A program made the translations under genes and the position numbers. Below the pieces are notes generated by a model. The model worked only from the letters and a program-made list of their open reading frames with translations. It ran no database searches and had not been told where the DNA came from. A stretch of 64,000 bases of DNA, taken from NCBI GenBank assembly GCA_951406725.2, contig OX597820.1:5518001-5582000 (forward strand), in the 5' to 3' direction. Within the stretch, counting starts at the first letter, position 1. Each line of letters starts with the position of its first letter. Positions 43,710 through 57,335 of this stretch are shown here, piece by piece. This DNA comes from Octopus vulgaris (lineage: Eukaryota).

Positions 43710-43753
<44 letters not shown>

Positions 43754-44117
43754 ACACACACACACACACACACGTGTGCGCGCGCCCATCTTGCTTCTTT
43801 GATGCATAGCTTTGTAAATAACTCCTGTGAAGGGCGTCTTCTTGACAACCGATGGAATCCAAAGAAGTGAAGTGTCTTTAAGGTTGGTTTACATGTCATT
43901 GTTTGATAGACATAACTTCTTTCTTCTGACTGCTGAGCGATGAAAGCAAATCAACTGACACACGGCGAGAAATCAAATTACATTTCATTTCTCATCCTTG
44001 ACATAAATCTCCTTCGTGACGAGGCGCTGCGAGAACCATCAAGATTTTACTCTAAAACACATTTTGAATTAATCTACGAACATATATTAATCGTCATTAT
44101 TACATAAGATACGTGAA

Positions 44118-44525
44118 CGGCGAGCTGACGGAAGCGATAAGCGTGTCGAACAGCTTAGAGGTATTTGCGTCTGTCTTTAGGTTTTGAGTTCAAATTCCGC
44201 TGAGGTCAACTTTGCCTTTCATCCTTTCGGGGTTGATAAAATAAATACCTATTTCTTTATTGCCCACAAGGGGCTAAACACAGAGGGGACAAACAAGGAC
44301 AGACATAGGTATTAAGTCGATTACATCGACCCCAGTGCGTAACTGGTGCTTAATTTATCGACCTCGAAAGGATGAAAGGCAAAGTCGACCTCGGCGGAAT
44401 TTGAACTCACAACGTAACGCAGACGAAATACCGCTAAGTATTTCGCCCGGCGTGCTAAGTTATGTACTGGGGTCGATGTAATCGACTTGCTCATCCTCCT
44501 GAAATTGCCCTCCTTGTGCAGTAAA
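44118..44525. mobile_element. Old SINE A (+) interrupted by a younger SINE A (-, ~44249-44458)
   Basis: Forward Nin domain breaks at AAATAC and resumes at GTACTGGGGTCGATG after the inverted copy. Confidence 0.8.
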
Positions 44526-45420
44526 TTGAACCGAGGATGTAACGACGGACGAAATGCCGCGGACCTTTATTCCGGCGTACAAACAAATCTGTCAACGTGC
44601 GGCTTTCTGATAAATACTTATAGTAAAATCATATTTAATGCGCAATTACGCAGAGGCCAACGACATTCTTTCACTTGCAAGACAATGGCCAATGTTAGAC
44701 TGTGGTCGATGACATTTCTCTGGGGTGCGGCGAATTCCGCTTTCGTCCGAAAACAGATGGTTTTGAAAAGTAAAATCGCCAGAGATTTCGAAATACTCGT
44801 TTCGACTGTCAACAGAATAATGGTCCAAAGTAAAATTAAGAGAAACGGAGAAAACTAAAACAAGGAATGTGAGAAGATCAAGGTTTGTGAATTTGGAAGA
44901 GGAAAATGGCAGATGTATAGCTGGAGTTAGTGGGAAGAGAAGGGTTAAAGAGAAACAAATGAATTTGAAGTGATTTCAACAGGTTATTAAAGACAGGTTG
45001 ACGCATGCGTTACACTGATCTTCCTGTCTCCAAACTGTAACAAAGTGAACAGAGGCGAATTACATGTGCATTGAATGAAAAACGGAAATGAGGTGTGTAT
45101 GATTTATGAAGGTCGTTAACGTTTCGTGCATAATATGTATGCATGCGTGAGTGTGTGTGTGTGTTTGTGTGTGAATAAGAAAGAGAGAGAAAGAGTGAGT
45201 GAGTGAGAGAAACGGGTGGGGGGAGAGGGAGATGGAGTGAGTATAATGAGAATTTTCGAAAGAATTTCAACTTGTTTTCAAATGCAATATAATTCTCGGT
45301 GAAAATGGATCGGAACATTTCTATAGAAATGACGTTAAGATTGTGAAGAGGTTATGTAAAAATGATTTATGGAAAATTAGAGACAAAATGATTATATATA
45401 TATCGTGTACACTATATTTA

Positions 45421-45456
<36 letters not shown>

Positions 45457-45750
45457 CATATATTCCTACATGTTTATATGTGAGCATGTGTACACGTGTA
45501 TGCACATATGCATTCGCTCTCATTATGCATATGTGTTTGGTTATACATTTTTCTCAACATACAAGTAGCAGTTTATAACTGTTCCTCCTCCGACATCAAC
45601 CTATCAACCTTCTTTAAGCACGATGTTTCGTCAAGCACGTGTACTTTGGCATACGTATGTGTGTGTGTGTGTGTGTGCGTGTGTGTGAGTGCGTATCCTA
45701 CTCATACCAACATACTTACACAAATATGATGTATTTATATATGTGTATAT

Positions 45751-45799
<49 letters not shown>

Positions 45800-46014
45800 C
45801 AAAAACGCATATGTTTATGTATAAGCATATGTATGCCTGAGCGTACAATGACATTCAAAAGTTAGACCTTCATTATAATGTTTCTATTTTGTGTTATTAA
45901 GGCAGTAAGCAGGCAGAAACACTGGGACCAATATAATCGACAGGCCCTCACCCAACAAAATTCCAGGGCTTGTGCCTATATTAAAAAAGATTATCATCAT
46001 TATTATTATCATTA

Positions 46015-46345
46015 AGGTGGCAGGCTGGCAGAATGGTTAGCACGCCGGTCGAAACGCTTAGCGGTATTTCGTCTGCCGTTACGTTGTGAGTTCAAATTCT
46101 GCCGAGGTCGACTTTACCTTTCATCCTTTCGGGGTCGATAAATTAAGTACTAGTTACACACTGAGGTCGATATAATCGACTTAATCCGTTTATCTGTCCT
46201 TGTTTGTTGTCTCTGTGTTTAGACCCTTGTGGGTAGTAAAGAAATAGGTATTTCCTCTGTCGTTACGTTCTGAGTTCAAACTCAGCCGAGGTCGACTTTG
46301 CCTTTCATCCTTTCGGGGTCGATAAATTAAGCACGAGTGAAACAT
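46015..46345 (+). mobile_element. SINE A head-to-tail dimer
   Basis: Same junction (GAAATAG|GTATTTC) as 68-400. Confidence 0.85.
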
Positions 46346-46654
46346 TGGGGGTCGCTGTAATTAACAAGCGTGCGGATATCTTTCGTCACTAGTTGGCGAT
46401 TGTCTTATACTGAGGACAGATAACGTCCAGAAACCTTGGCCTGTGAGTATTACGTAAAGCCAGAAATGGGAGCGATGACCTCCCTTGCAAATGCTATATA
46501 CGAACACAGATATGTCACCGGTTTCAGTCGTTTTTAAGGTGATTAATTCATGTTGTAAGACAGAAAATACATTGAAATAAATTAAATTAATTTTTCCTGA
46601 TATCACTTCTTGGAATTCCCATTTATCTTGCACAATGCATATGCTACTGTGCAT

Positions 46655-46970
46655 CTCGTATTCTCTAATTGGGCTCCTATGTTTTGACTAAGTCTCAATA
46701 TCTTCTATATTTTAATTAGGCTGTACACCTATACTTTAATTAGGCTGTGTACCTTATATTTAAATTAGATTGTACACATCCTATATTTTAATTAGGCTGT
46801 GCACCTCGTATTTTAATTAGATTGTACATCTATGTTTTGATTAGGATGTACATTTCTTATAATTTAATTAGACTGTTAACATGTTTTACTTATGCTGTAG
46901 GCTCCCTATATTTTAATTAGTCCGTGCATCTATATTTTAATTATATTGTATACGTCCCATGTTTTAATCA
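46655..46970. repeat. Degenerate ~25-bp minisatellite (TATTTTAATTAGGCTGTACACCT-like), ~12 units
   Basis: Recurrent TTTTAATTAG..TGTAC. Confidence 0.85.
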
Positions 46971-47144
46971 CGGCTGATATTCCGCCTAAGCAGCCGTGCA
47001 AGATAAGGGCTATTTTTGTTTTTACCGCATGGTTAACAAGGAGGTAGATTTGTCCTGGGATTCTGAAACTAAAAAGAAGGATGGTTAGAGTTATTTTGTG
47101 CTGACCATAACACGGGGGGGGGGGGGGTAAAAATGAATAAAGAT

Positions 47145-47560
47145 TTTCAATGACCAGATGGCGGCATTAAACCGAGCGATGGATTAAGTCTTGCCAGGAA
47201 AAGAATACTGAAAAAACAAAAAAAGTTCCCAAACGTGCTGAGACAGTAAAACTGGAAGAGGAGAGATGAGTGAATAGTGAAAGCCTGAGTGGGGACAGTA
47301 TAAGGGTTGGTTTTGAGAGGAGTGATAGCCACTATAGGAATGGTAAGAAAAGTCCAAAAAAGGGGACTTGATCTTTGTGGGCCAGCAGTTAGAACGGTTG
47401 GCGGGGAGGAAATGGTTAGAGTGTGATTTCATGTTAATCCTTCAATTGTCCTCTTTTTGAATGTGACGTAGAAGGTATAAAGGTGTAGCAGCTGCATCAT
47501 GGCCGGTGTTTGAGCAGTAGTTTAAGGTGAGTTTTACCCGGATTTTGTAAAGGGTTAATC
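47145..47560 (-). mobile_element. Degenerate LINE C-terminus (CR1/Jockey group)
   Basis: NPYTVP...HSSL.F pattern resembling the LINE RT C-terminal H.YxV..FF motif; many frameshifts. Confidence 0.35.
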
Positions 47561-48528
47561 ATTTTGGGGAACAGAGTTTTCTGATGAGTTGAGCCAGCTT
47601 TTGTTGTGCACTTCTAAGGTGAGGATTCACTGCGAATTAATTCGGAAATGCTAAAATACATCAATTTATCGTGCATATGTATTCTGAAATATTGTCCTGT
47701 CTCGAGTTAAAGACGGTGCACCGATGTGGTCGCTTTTGTTACTGAAAAAAGAAGCGAAATATCCCTCAAAACTACCCTAACGTCTTACATAAAAGATGGA
47801 GACATTGGATAATATAGACATAAAAGTATTATGCCTGGAAAAGAAATAAGAAAGGCTGGTCACTGCTGGAACAGCTTTGATCTTCGTAAAACAGTAGAAT
47901 CCGAGAGAAATAATGATTGTTCCACGTCGGTAAAGCAAGAAGTTCAGACAGTGGAACGTAATGAAGAAGAGAATTCTAACATTTCAAGCAGAACAATCTG
48001 ATAAATGGCTTTGTCTGAAAGAGTAGATTTGTGGAATTTCTCACAGCATAAAATAGATTCTCCAGTTTGAACCGTTTGATCACGGGTCTGCTCAATCAGA
48101 GCTAACCTGGGGTGAAAAGACAACGATTGTCTCTCAACCTCTCCAAGCAACATACATAGTAGTAAACCATTATTGTTCTTAACAACAAATAAGTTAGGGA
48201 CAAACATACGTCGGTTAAGAGTCAGTTAAGAACCTTCGATTAACCGAGACCAAGCACGCAGTTAGTAAACAAATATGTTATGTGAAGGGGAAAAAAATTA
48301 AAATCAAACATGGGAGATAGTTCCAATGCGATAAGTTGCTTGAAAGTTTTGAACCATATATATACAATGGAAATTAGAAAGAATTTAGTTTTTAAAGTAA
48401 ACTCGCAAGTTTACGCTTTATTAGACCTCCTCAACATGGCCTAACTAACAATGACCAATCTAGAAGGGATATCCTCCACTATGGTCGATGACCGCCGGAA
48501 GAAAAGAACGTGCGTCTCTGTATGTGTG

Positions 48529-48603
<75 letters not shown>

Positions 48604-48677
48604 GTAAGAAAAGAGAGGTAGAGAATTTCGATTATCCCCACGTGGTGAGGTGCAATACAAATAATATATATAAAATA

Positions 48678-48938
48678 AAGAAGGAAAATGCACACAGTTT
48701 ACATAGTATTAAAATATTTTAAAATATATTTTATATTGTGTTTGTCAACCAGTTTCGCTTTCGCTAATCATTTATAAATTTCTCCACACAGGACATAAAT
48801 TAAAATTTCCTTAAAATATACAAAATTACAACAATTTTAATGTCATGATTAGCGAAGGCGAAACCGGTCGACAAGCCCAATATAAAATATATTAAGAAAT
48901 ATATTAAAACTGTGTAATCCGTGTGTATTTTCCTTCTT
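48678..48938. repeat. 94-bp inverted repeat carrying a hammerhead-like motif (48841-48873 +)
   Basis: 48678-48771 vs 48845-48938; TGTC ATGATTA GC gaag GC GAAAC CG GTC GACA. Confidence 0.75.
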
Positions 48939-48948
48939 ATATATATAT

Positions 48949-51202
48949 ATTGGGTCATGCCATAAATAATGCGATTTTTTTTATACTTCAAAATTAACAT
49001 AAGCAAAGTGGCTGTTGAATGTTACTACTAGTTTAAGCCCAGGCAGATTCTCCGCCAGCTGGTTATCGGTGGGACACACAGCACCCTTTATATACAATAT
49101 ATTGCTTGCTGGGGAGCGAACCTTTTCTGCCATTTAGCAGTTAACAGGATCACGCGACTGACTTAGTTTCGCGTTATTTAGCTCATCCTCAGCCGCGAGC
49201 ACCTGCACGCGAGAGCGATAGCCAGAGCCCGCCACCGGCTAACAATATACTGTAAACAAAGTGACCATCGGTCACTGATTTACAACAAGCAAAATAGCTA
49301 GCTGTAAAGTCTCAAGATAGAGTAATAACTAAACTGTAAAGCCAGTCGCCACATCCAAGTGGCTGTTGAATGTTACGACTAGTTTAACTCCAGGCAGATT
49401 CTCCGATTACAACTAGCTATATAGCTTGTTGCAAATCAGTGACCAATGGTCACTTTGTTTACAATATATTGTTAGCGTTGGCGTATTCGGGCTATCGCTG
49501 TGGTGTGCAGGTGCACATGGCTAAGAATAACCTATTTCTTTACTACCCACAAGGGGCTAAACACAGAGAGGACAAACAAGGACAGACAAACGGATTAAGT
49601 CGATTACATCGACCCCAGTGCGTAAATGGTACTTAATTTATCGACCCCGAAAGGATGAAAGGCAAAGTCGACTTCGGCGGAATTTGAACTCAGAACGTAA
49701 CGGCAGACGAAATACGGCTACGCATTTCGTCCGGCGTGCTAACGATTTTGCCAACGAATCTGAGTCAGTCTCGCGATCCTGTTAGCTGCTAAAGTGTAGC
49801 AGGGGTTCGCTCCCCCTGCTGACAGCATATTGTGTGTAAAGGTTTCTGAGGGTTGCACCGTTTACCAGCTGTCGGAGAATCTGCCTAGGGTTAAGCAAGT
49901 AGTAACATTCACCAGCCACTTTGAAGTGACGACTGACTTTATTGTTTAGCATACGTCACTACTCTATCTCTTCATGAGATTTTACAAGATAAACAAAATT
50001 CTTTTTTAATCTAAAATATACTCTCCTCCAATTTCTACAATGCTCTTCCAACTATCTGGTAGACTTGCCAGGCCCTTCTTCCAAAATTCACTTATCCGTG
50101 ACGAAATATACTCCTCCACTACTGTTCTGACCTCGTCTAAAAAATCCATATTTTTTCTATCCAAATGATTTTGAAGACTGCGGAATAAATGATAACCAGA
50201 TGGAGCAATGTCCAGCGAGTATGATGGGTTGGGCATCGCTTCCCATTCCAACTGTTCCAACCTTTGGAAGTCATCCTCATTGTATGTGGCCGAGCATTAT
50301 CCTGATGGAAGAATACCTTTTCTCTTGAAACCTTTTTTGTTTTTCTTATAGCGTTGACTGAAGCCGCTCAAGCTGCTCACGGTAGATCTCCTTTGTTATT
50401 ATTTGGTTTGGATTTAAAAGTTCGAAGTGGACTAAACCTTACATATCCCATCAAACAGATAGCCACACCTTACATGTGTGAAGGTCTTCTTTAGCCCGGG
50501 GTGCCGGTGTTTCTCCTTTCCCTACCCATTGTCATTGGCGCTTGATATTTTTATAGAGAACCCATTTCTCGTCACCAGTCACTATTCGGTCAAAAAAGGT
50601 TCATTCGTGAGAGGTGACAGCAAAGAAGACTACACATTCACATTCTGCGCGCGATTAGGCTTAGAAAGATTGTGAGGAACCCATTGACCCGATTTGCTCA
50701 TTTTCCCGATGGCACACGTCTATGAATGGTTGAGTGGCCAAATCCAAGATTCTCTGCTAGCTTCTCAACAGTTACGATGGGATTTTGTTCTACCAGGTTT
50801 CACAGGACGTCCTCATCGAGCTTTACAGATCTTCCAGGACGAGGCTCTCTTCTATACTGTTATTTCCGGCTCGGAATTTCTGGAACCACCGTTGACACTG
50901 GCTTACGCTTCTTGTCTGATCCTCATATACTGCATTAATATTCTTCACACTTTCCGTTGCGTTGTTGCCTTTCTTGAGCCCAGAAAGCAAAATATCCCGA
51001 ATATGCTCCTTCGTCACTTACATTATAGCTTTGAAAAATACCTGTAAAAGTCAAACTGCACTCTTCAAAACTTGCACTGAGAATAAGGTCAAGGTAAAGT
51101 TACTACCTGCTGTTATAGCAAGTTGATGCAGTTAGTTTTTCCCGTCACCGTCCGATTTTTGATTCATGCAATTGAAAAAACCGCATTATTTATGGGATGA
51201 CT
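48949..51202 (-). mobile_element. Mariner transposon, near full length, decayed transposase (~50006-51023), with nested insertions
   Basis: TIRs GTCATGCCATAAATAATGCGATTTTT / AAAAACCGCATTATTTATGGGATGAC; KEHIR..GNNATE..CQRWFQKFRAGN; VTGDEKW; HQDNARPH; PSYSLDIAPSGYHLFRSLQNHL. Confidence 0.9.
49005..49925. mobile_element. Fold-back (palindromic) element nested in the mariner, itself interrupted by SINE A (~49532-49752, -)
   Basis: 49005-49170 inverted at 49755-49925; 49175-49307 inverted at 49408-49530; partial third copy 49357-49406. Confidence 0.7.
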
Positions 51203-51419
51203 ACGATGCTCACCCTTATTCCATCTCTTTTCTGTCGATCTCCCTATCTTGTTCTTCTTCCTTTCTGCTTTCTTTCCCACCCTTTCCCTATTCTTCTTCT
51301 CTCCCCTTCACCGTTCCCTCCCTCTCTCTCACACTTCCTTCTTGACTCTCTCGTTGCTCACGCGTGACCAAAGGCCATTCTCTCTTTCCTCCACTTCCTT
51401 CCTAAAGACAAGACATGCT

Positions 51420-51815
51420 TTCATCTGCCTCTTCTCAAAGCTCCTTTTATTCAAGCGTTCCCCACTTCACATCGTCTTGGCTTAACAGCCCTCACCGTTT
51501 GTTTTTACTGTTCTATTTTTACTGTCTTGTTTTTGTTACCACTTTCACCATCCGCAAAAAAAATCCCAAATTTTATATAATTCGCTTTGCGGGAAGAATT
51601 ATTTTAACGAAGTCGCGTCTTGTCCTTACCTTCGAAAACGCGGAGTAGATAAAACAAGGGACAACTGATGAAGGGAATGTTCTTTATGTTGCATGTCTCA
51701 GTTCTCTCTTTTTTTTTCGTTGTTTGAAAAAATTTCGTTTTCTATGTTTTTTTTTTATGTTCTTTTTCATTCTGTCGACGTTTTCTTCTTTTTTGATGTC
51801 CTGTATCCATATATG
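51420..51815 (+). mobile_element. Repeat cassette related to 17553-17740 (probable Penelope-type terminal repeat)
   Basis: Shared ACAAC(T/A)GATGAAGG..TTCTTTATGTTG..TTCGTTGTT.GAAAAAA..GTCCTGT; both adjoin (TA)n-type repeats. Confidence 0.45.
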
Positions 51816-51893
51816 CATGTGTATATACATATGTATGTAATGTAGTATATACATATGTATGTAGATATGTACATATATGTATGTAATATATGC

Positions 51894-51969
<76 letters not shown>

Positions 51970-52759
51970 GTGTGTCTGTGTGTCATTGATAACACATAGA
52001 AGATGGTGGTTCTTCTCCATTCACCAAGGTGAATGCATTCTTGATCAGAAGGAACTGATGTCATCAGACAGCATCCAACCATCATCGGGTGGTTCGGCAC
52101 GGAAGCGTAATATCCTCCTGTTGGTGGCTCAGTAGAGGTTTCAAATCATTGCGCGTCTTCTCCTTGCTTCCAGTTTCTCTCCTCAGAAAGAGAGAGGAAG
52201 AGAGAGATAGAGAGAAGGGAAAGAGAGAAAGAAAGAATAGTAATTTTGTAATAGTACCGTGAATACCAACATTATAGCTGAGAGAAAAAACACTCAAGAA
52301 CGTGTTCGATATCTGAAATACAGCTACGGGAAGATTGCACATATATATAGAATGAAAAACTTCGAATATACGTGCATATGTATGTATGTATGTGTGTATG
52401 TATGTATGTATGTATGTATGTATGTATGTATGTATGTATGTATGTATGTATGTATGTATGTGCGTATGTATGTATGTATGTGTACGAATGTATGTACGTA
52501 TGTATGTATGTATTTATGTATGTATTTATGTATGTATGTATGTACGTATGTATGTATGTATGCATGTATGTATGTATGTGTGCATGTAAGCATGTATACA
52601 TGTATGCATATATGCATATATGCATGTATGTATGTGTGTATGTGTGTATGCATGTATATATGTATGCATGTATGTATGTATGTGTGTATGTATGTATGTA
52701 TGCATGTATGTATGTATGTGTGTGTGTAATATTTATGTATGTATCTATGTATGTATAGA

Positions 52760-53110
52760 TTACAGCCATATGGTTCCGGGTTCAGCTCCACTGCGTGGGT
52801 AGTAGGTGTTTTCTACTACAGCCTGGGAGCGACCAAAGCCTTGGGAGTGGATTTGGTAGACGGAAGAAGCCCGTCGTATATATACATATATATATATATG
52901 AGTTTGTGTGTCTTTGTATCTGTGCTTGTTCTTCCGCTACCGCTTGACCATCAGTGTTGGTGTGTTTATGTTTCGATAACTTAGCGGTTCGGCAAAAAAG
53001 ATCAATGGAATATGTGCCAGGCATACAAAAAAAGTAAATAAGTACTGGGGTTGATCCGTTCGACTAAACGTTCTTCAAGGCGGTGCCCCAGCATGGCTAC
53101 AGTCTAATGC
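52760..53110 (+). mobile_element. SINE family B (5'-eroded)
   Basis: GGTTCCGGGTTCAG..GTGGATTTGGTAGACGGAA..GGCGGTGCCCCAGCATGGC. Confidence 0.8.
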
Positions 53111-53553
53111 CCCAGTATGTCTGCATAGTAACAATATATGAATGCATAGATACGAAAATACATACGAACTGTTAATATAGTGTTCTTTAATAGATATCCT
53201 TCTTTAGTTGAAGAGTGTCTGAGGAGGCGAACAGTTATCGAAACATTTGTCTATATTTGTTCCGCGAAGCAAAATTGTGGAAAATATTCTATTTTTGATG
53301 TATATGGCATTTTCTCATAAATACATGAAATAGTAACAACGATTTCCTTTTTAGTTGATAAAACTCGGTAATAAATTACCTCCCTTAAACAAACTAAAAA
53401 TCTTCTGCTGATACTCGGATACGGCTAAATATGAAATCCTTGAAAAAGTCAGTATCCTTGTAAATATTCCTCATTTAATATAACACACATAAAAATAAAT
53501 AATATCAGATCATTGATAAATGTAACTACGATTAAAGATTTCAGTATTTGTGC

Positions 53554-53588
<35 letters not shown>

Positions 53589-53715
53589 CAGTGATGAGGG
53601 TATGTCGTGAGTTCGATTCTCGCCTGCGAGCTGAGTCCTTGATCAAGTCACTTTATTTCACGCTGCTTATGGTGTGGCTGAATGCGTTGCTTACCCATGC
53701 TTTTTAATTGAACTG

Positions 53716-53716
53716 A

Positions 53717-53779
<63 letters not shown>

Positions 53780-53810
53780 AATAATAATAATAATAATTAT
53801 TATAATAATA

Positions 53811-53853
<43 letters not shown>
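53716..53853. repeat. (ATT)n(AAT)n(ATT)n self-complementary trinucleotide tract
   Basis: Directly visible strand switches. Confidence 0.9.
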
Positions 53854-53855
<2 letters not shown>

Positions 53856-53932
53856 AGTATTACCATTGTAGGTATTTATACTCCTGTGAAATTAAGAAAT
53901 CGTAAATAAACGAAACACTTGAATCCATCATT

Positions 53933-53964
<32 letters not shown>

Positions 53965-54007
53965 ACACACTAACACACACACACACACATATCCCCTACT
54001 CAGTCAC

Positions 54008-54038
<31 letters not shown>

Positions 54039-54293
54039 TGTATGTATACGTGTGTATGTACACGCAGACGAGGTCGATTCATATGAAAAAAATAGGTGAA
54101 CAAAATAATATGACCACTTTCTTATCGGGGAATTTGTATGTTCAATTTAAAATTGCATTCTTTATGTTAAAGATAATCGTCATTTCGATGTACTGCTTAA
54201 TGAGTATTTCTGCCAAATATGGTGAAAATCCGTTCAGCCGTTTTCCACTCATTTTGCAAACAGACAAACAGACAAAGACGAGTGATTACAATA

Positions 54294-54538
54294 TCTATTT
54301 CTTTATTGCCCACAAGGGGGCTAAACACAGAGAGGACAAACACAGAGAGGACAAACAAGGACAGACAAACGGATTAAGTCGATTACATCGACACCAGTGC
54401 GTAACTGGTACTTTGTTAATCGATCCCAAAAGGATGAAAAGCAAAGTCAACCTCGGCGGAATTTGAACTCAGAACGCAGCGGCGGACAAAATACCGCAAA
54501 GCATTTCGCCCGGCGTGCTAACGTTTCTGCCAGCTCGC
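54294..54538 (-). mobile_element. SINE family A with 15-bp internal duplication; TSD TACAATAT
   Basis: Matches family A; an older copy lies at ~54845-55045 (-). Confidence 0.88.
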
Positions 54539-55666
54539 TACAATATTGTGCTTTCGCTTACGCGCGCAGAGTAAAATACAAAACAAAAAAAACTTAACTT
54601 TCCTAATGTGATGTTTAAAACTCAAATCGGATTGAAATACTTGGGAAATATGTTAGCCTGGAGATGTGCTGCCAAATATTAAAGAGTGCTTTTGGATGCC
54701 CTTCGATACGAGAGTTGTTGAGGTGTTTAATGGAGAAAACTAAACTGAATGGTTTTAGAAGTATCAGTGTAATTGTGTAGTAAATCACAAATCCGGGAAG
54801 CTTTCCGAAATAAAGGGCGTTCTTAAGTATTTGTTTCGAGTTTCGGCACAAGGCCAGCAAGTTCGTGGGGCGAGGTAAATTGATTACATCGATCCCAGTG
54901 ATTAACTCGCATTTATTATATCGACCCCAAAAGGATGAAAGGCAAAGTCGATCTCGGTGGAATTTGAGCTCAGAACATAAAGACGGACGAACTTTTGCTA
55001 AGCACTTTAAGCGGCGCGCTAGCGATTTTATCAGTTTGCCGCCTTAGCCGACTTAAAGGATTACAAATAATAGGCTAAGTTCTTTCTGAGGTTTTTCGTC
55101 GACTATTTCCAGGGAAAATCTGCCGTACGGTAACCTACGAATATCATAAACGTTTTCAGGAGGATATGTCTATCTTGGAATATTGTTGACAAGGCAATCG
55201 AAGCCCTAGTATCCTTACTATCAGGCTCTTAAGAAAGAGACATAGCTGAGACAAAGTACAACATAAAATGAAACCAGATTTACATTTTAAAGTACATGTG
55301 TGTTTATCATCGTTAAAGTACAAGATGTGTTTTTGATGATCTGGTGACAAACATGTGGCCATTATGAATCTGTAAGATCTTTTATTTGATATCAGAAAAA
55401 TCTCATAAGGTTATGAGACGAATTTATTTAGATTTCAAAAAAAAAAAAACGAAATTAAGACTCAGAAATGTTTATCGTTGATAGGGGATTCGTGGGTTTA
55501 TTGCTTTGGTATTAATTCCTAATGAATTTGTTGAGGGACTAAATTAAAATTTCTATTTTGTGTAACGGAATTCTTTCTCTTCAATCATCAAACTACAATT
55601 TTGAGAAATATACAAGTAATTATTAAAACATACACACACATGCGCTCGCGTGCACACACACACACA

Positions 55667-55697
<31 letters not shown>

Positions 55698-55850
55698 GTA
55701 CATACATACATGCACGCACACACACCCGTACATACACACGCACAAACATCTACAAAATCAACAACCGAAAACCCAATATTTTTTCTTTCAATTAAATTTT
55801 ATTTCGTGTTTTCACAATCCTCCCCTCTCACTTCCCCTTCTCTCTCTACC

Positions 55851-56097
55851 GTCTTCTTCTTCTTCTTCTTCTTCTTCTTCTTCTTCTTCTTCTTCTTCTT
55901 CTTCTTCTTCTTCTTCTTCTTCTTCTTCTTCTTCTTCTTCTTCTTCTTCTTCTTCTTCTTCTTCTTCTTCTTCTTCTTCTTCTTCTTCTTCTTCTTCTTC
56001 TCCTCCTTCTCCTCCTTCTCCTTCTCCTCCCCTCCCTCTCTCACTCTCTCTGCATCTGTGTGTGTGTGTGTGTGCTTGTGTTTGTGTGTGTATGCGT

Positions 56098-56137
<40 letters not shown>

Positions 56138-56784
56138 GAGAGAGAGAGAGGGCGAAGGTAGAAAACAGTCCGTCTGACCTGGCAACCCACCCATCACTCT
56201 CTCTCTTTCTCCACCCCACCCATCCCCCGACCAACCCACGACTATTCAATCTGATGTTTCGTTCAAAAGATCTTTCATGTAACAAGCGGTTATCGTATTA
56301 ACAGAAATGTTTTACCGTCTGCAATTATTATTATTACTGTGTCCGTTGTTGCTGTTGTTGCTCTACTTCCTCTTCTTCCTCTACTTCTCCTTCTTCTTCT
56401 TCTTCTTCTTCCTCTACTTCTCCTTTTTCTTCTTCTTCTTCTTCCTCTACTTCTCCTTTTTCTTCTTCTTCTTCTTTTTCTTCTTCTTCTTCTTCTTCTT
56501 CTTCTTCTTCTTCTTCTTCTTCTTCTTCTTCTTCTTCTTCTTCTTCTTCTTCTTCTTCCTCTACTTCTCCTTTTTCTTCTTCTTCGTCTTCTTTTTCTTC
56601 TTCTTCTTCTTCCTTTTCTTCTTCTTCGTCTTCTTCTTCTTCTTCTTCTTCTTCTTCTTCCTTTACTTCTCCTTTTTCTTCTTCTTCTCCTTCTTTTTCT
56701 TCTTCTTCTTCTTCTTCTTCTTTTTCTTCTTCTTCTTCTTCTTCTTCTTCTTCTTCTTCTTCTTTTTCTTCTTCTTCTTCATAT

Positions 56785-56816
<32 letters not shown>

Positions 56817-56817
56817 T
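55851..56817. repeat. (TTC)n tracts: pure 55851-56000, interrupted 56365-56817
   Basis: Directly visible. Confidence 0.95.
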
Positions 56818-56902
56818 ATATGTTGGTTAAGGTAGTGGTGGCTTTTTCTTTTTTTTCGGAATCGAAACACACAAACAAAAATATACACTCGCATACAAAT
56901 AG

Positions 56903-57022
<120 letters not shown>

Positions 57023-57029
57023 ACACACA

Positions 57030-57335
57030 TACTTGTTTCAGTCATAAGCCAGGTACTTATTCAATCGGGTTCTTTTGCCAGACCGCTAAGTTACTGGAAC
57101 GTAAACATGCCAATACCGGTTGTGGGACAGTGGTGGGGACAGTCACACACTCACACATACATATACACACATACTTGTATATATAGGAGGGGCTTCTTTT
57201 CAGTTTCCGTCAACCAGTTCCACTTAGAAGACTTTGGTCGGCCCGAGGTTTTAGTGGAAGATACTTGTCCAAAATGCCAGGCAGTGGGGCTGAAATCAAA
57301 ACCATGTAGTTGACAAGCAAGCTTCTTACCACGCC
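57030..57335 (-). mobile_element. SINE family B (degenerate); further copies at 58020-58230 and 59815-59975
   Basis: Match to family B. Confidence 0.75.

Noticed and set aside
44600-44860. Tc1-like FSDES (-) and HTH-like IARDFEI..STV.RI (+)
   Set aside because: Motifs are short and on opposite strands; possibly a scrambled Tc1 relic but not supportable.
45112-45146. rc TGCATA..TATGCA-C-GAAACGTTA hammerhead 3' half
   Set aside because: No 5' core or stem I partner; likely chance.
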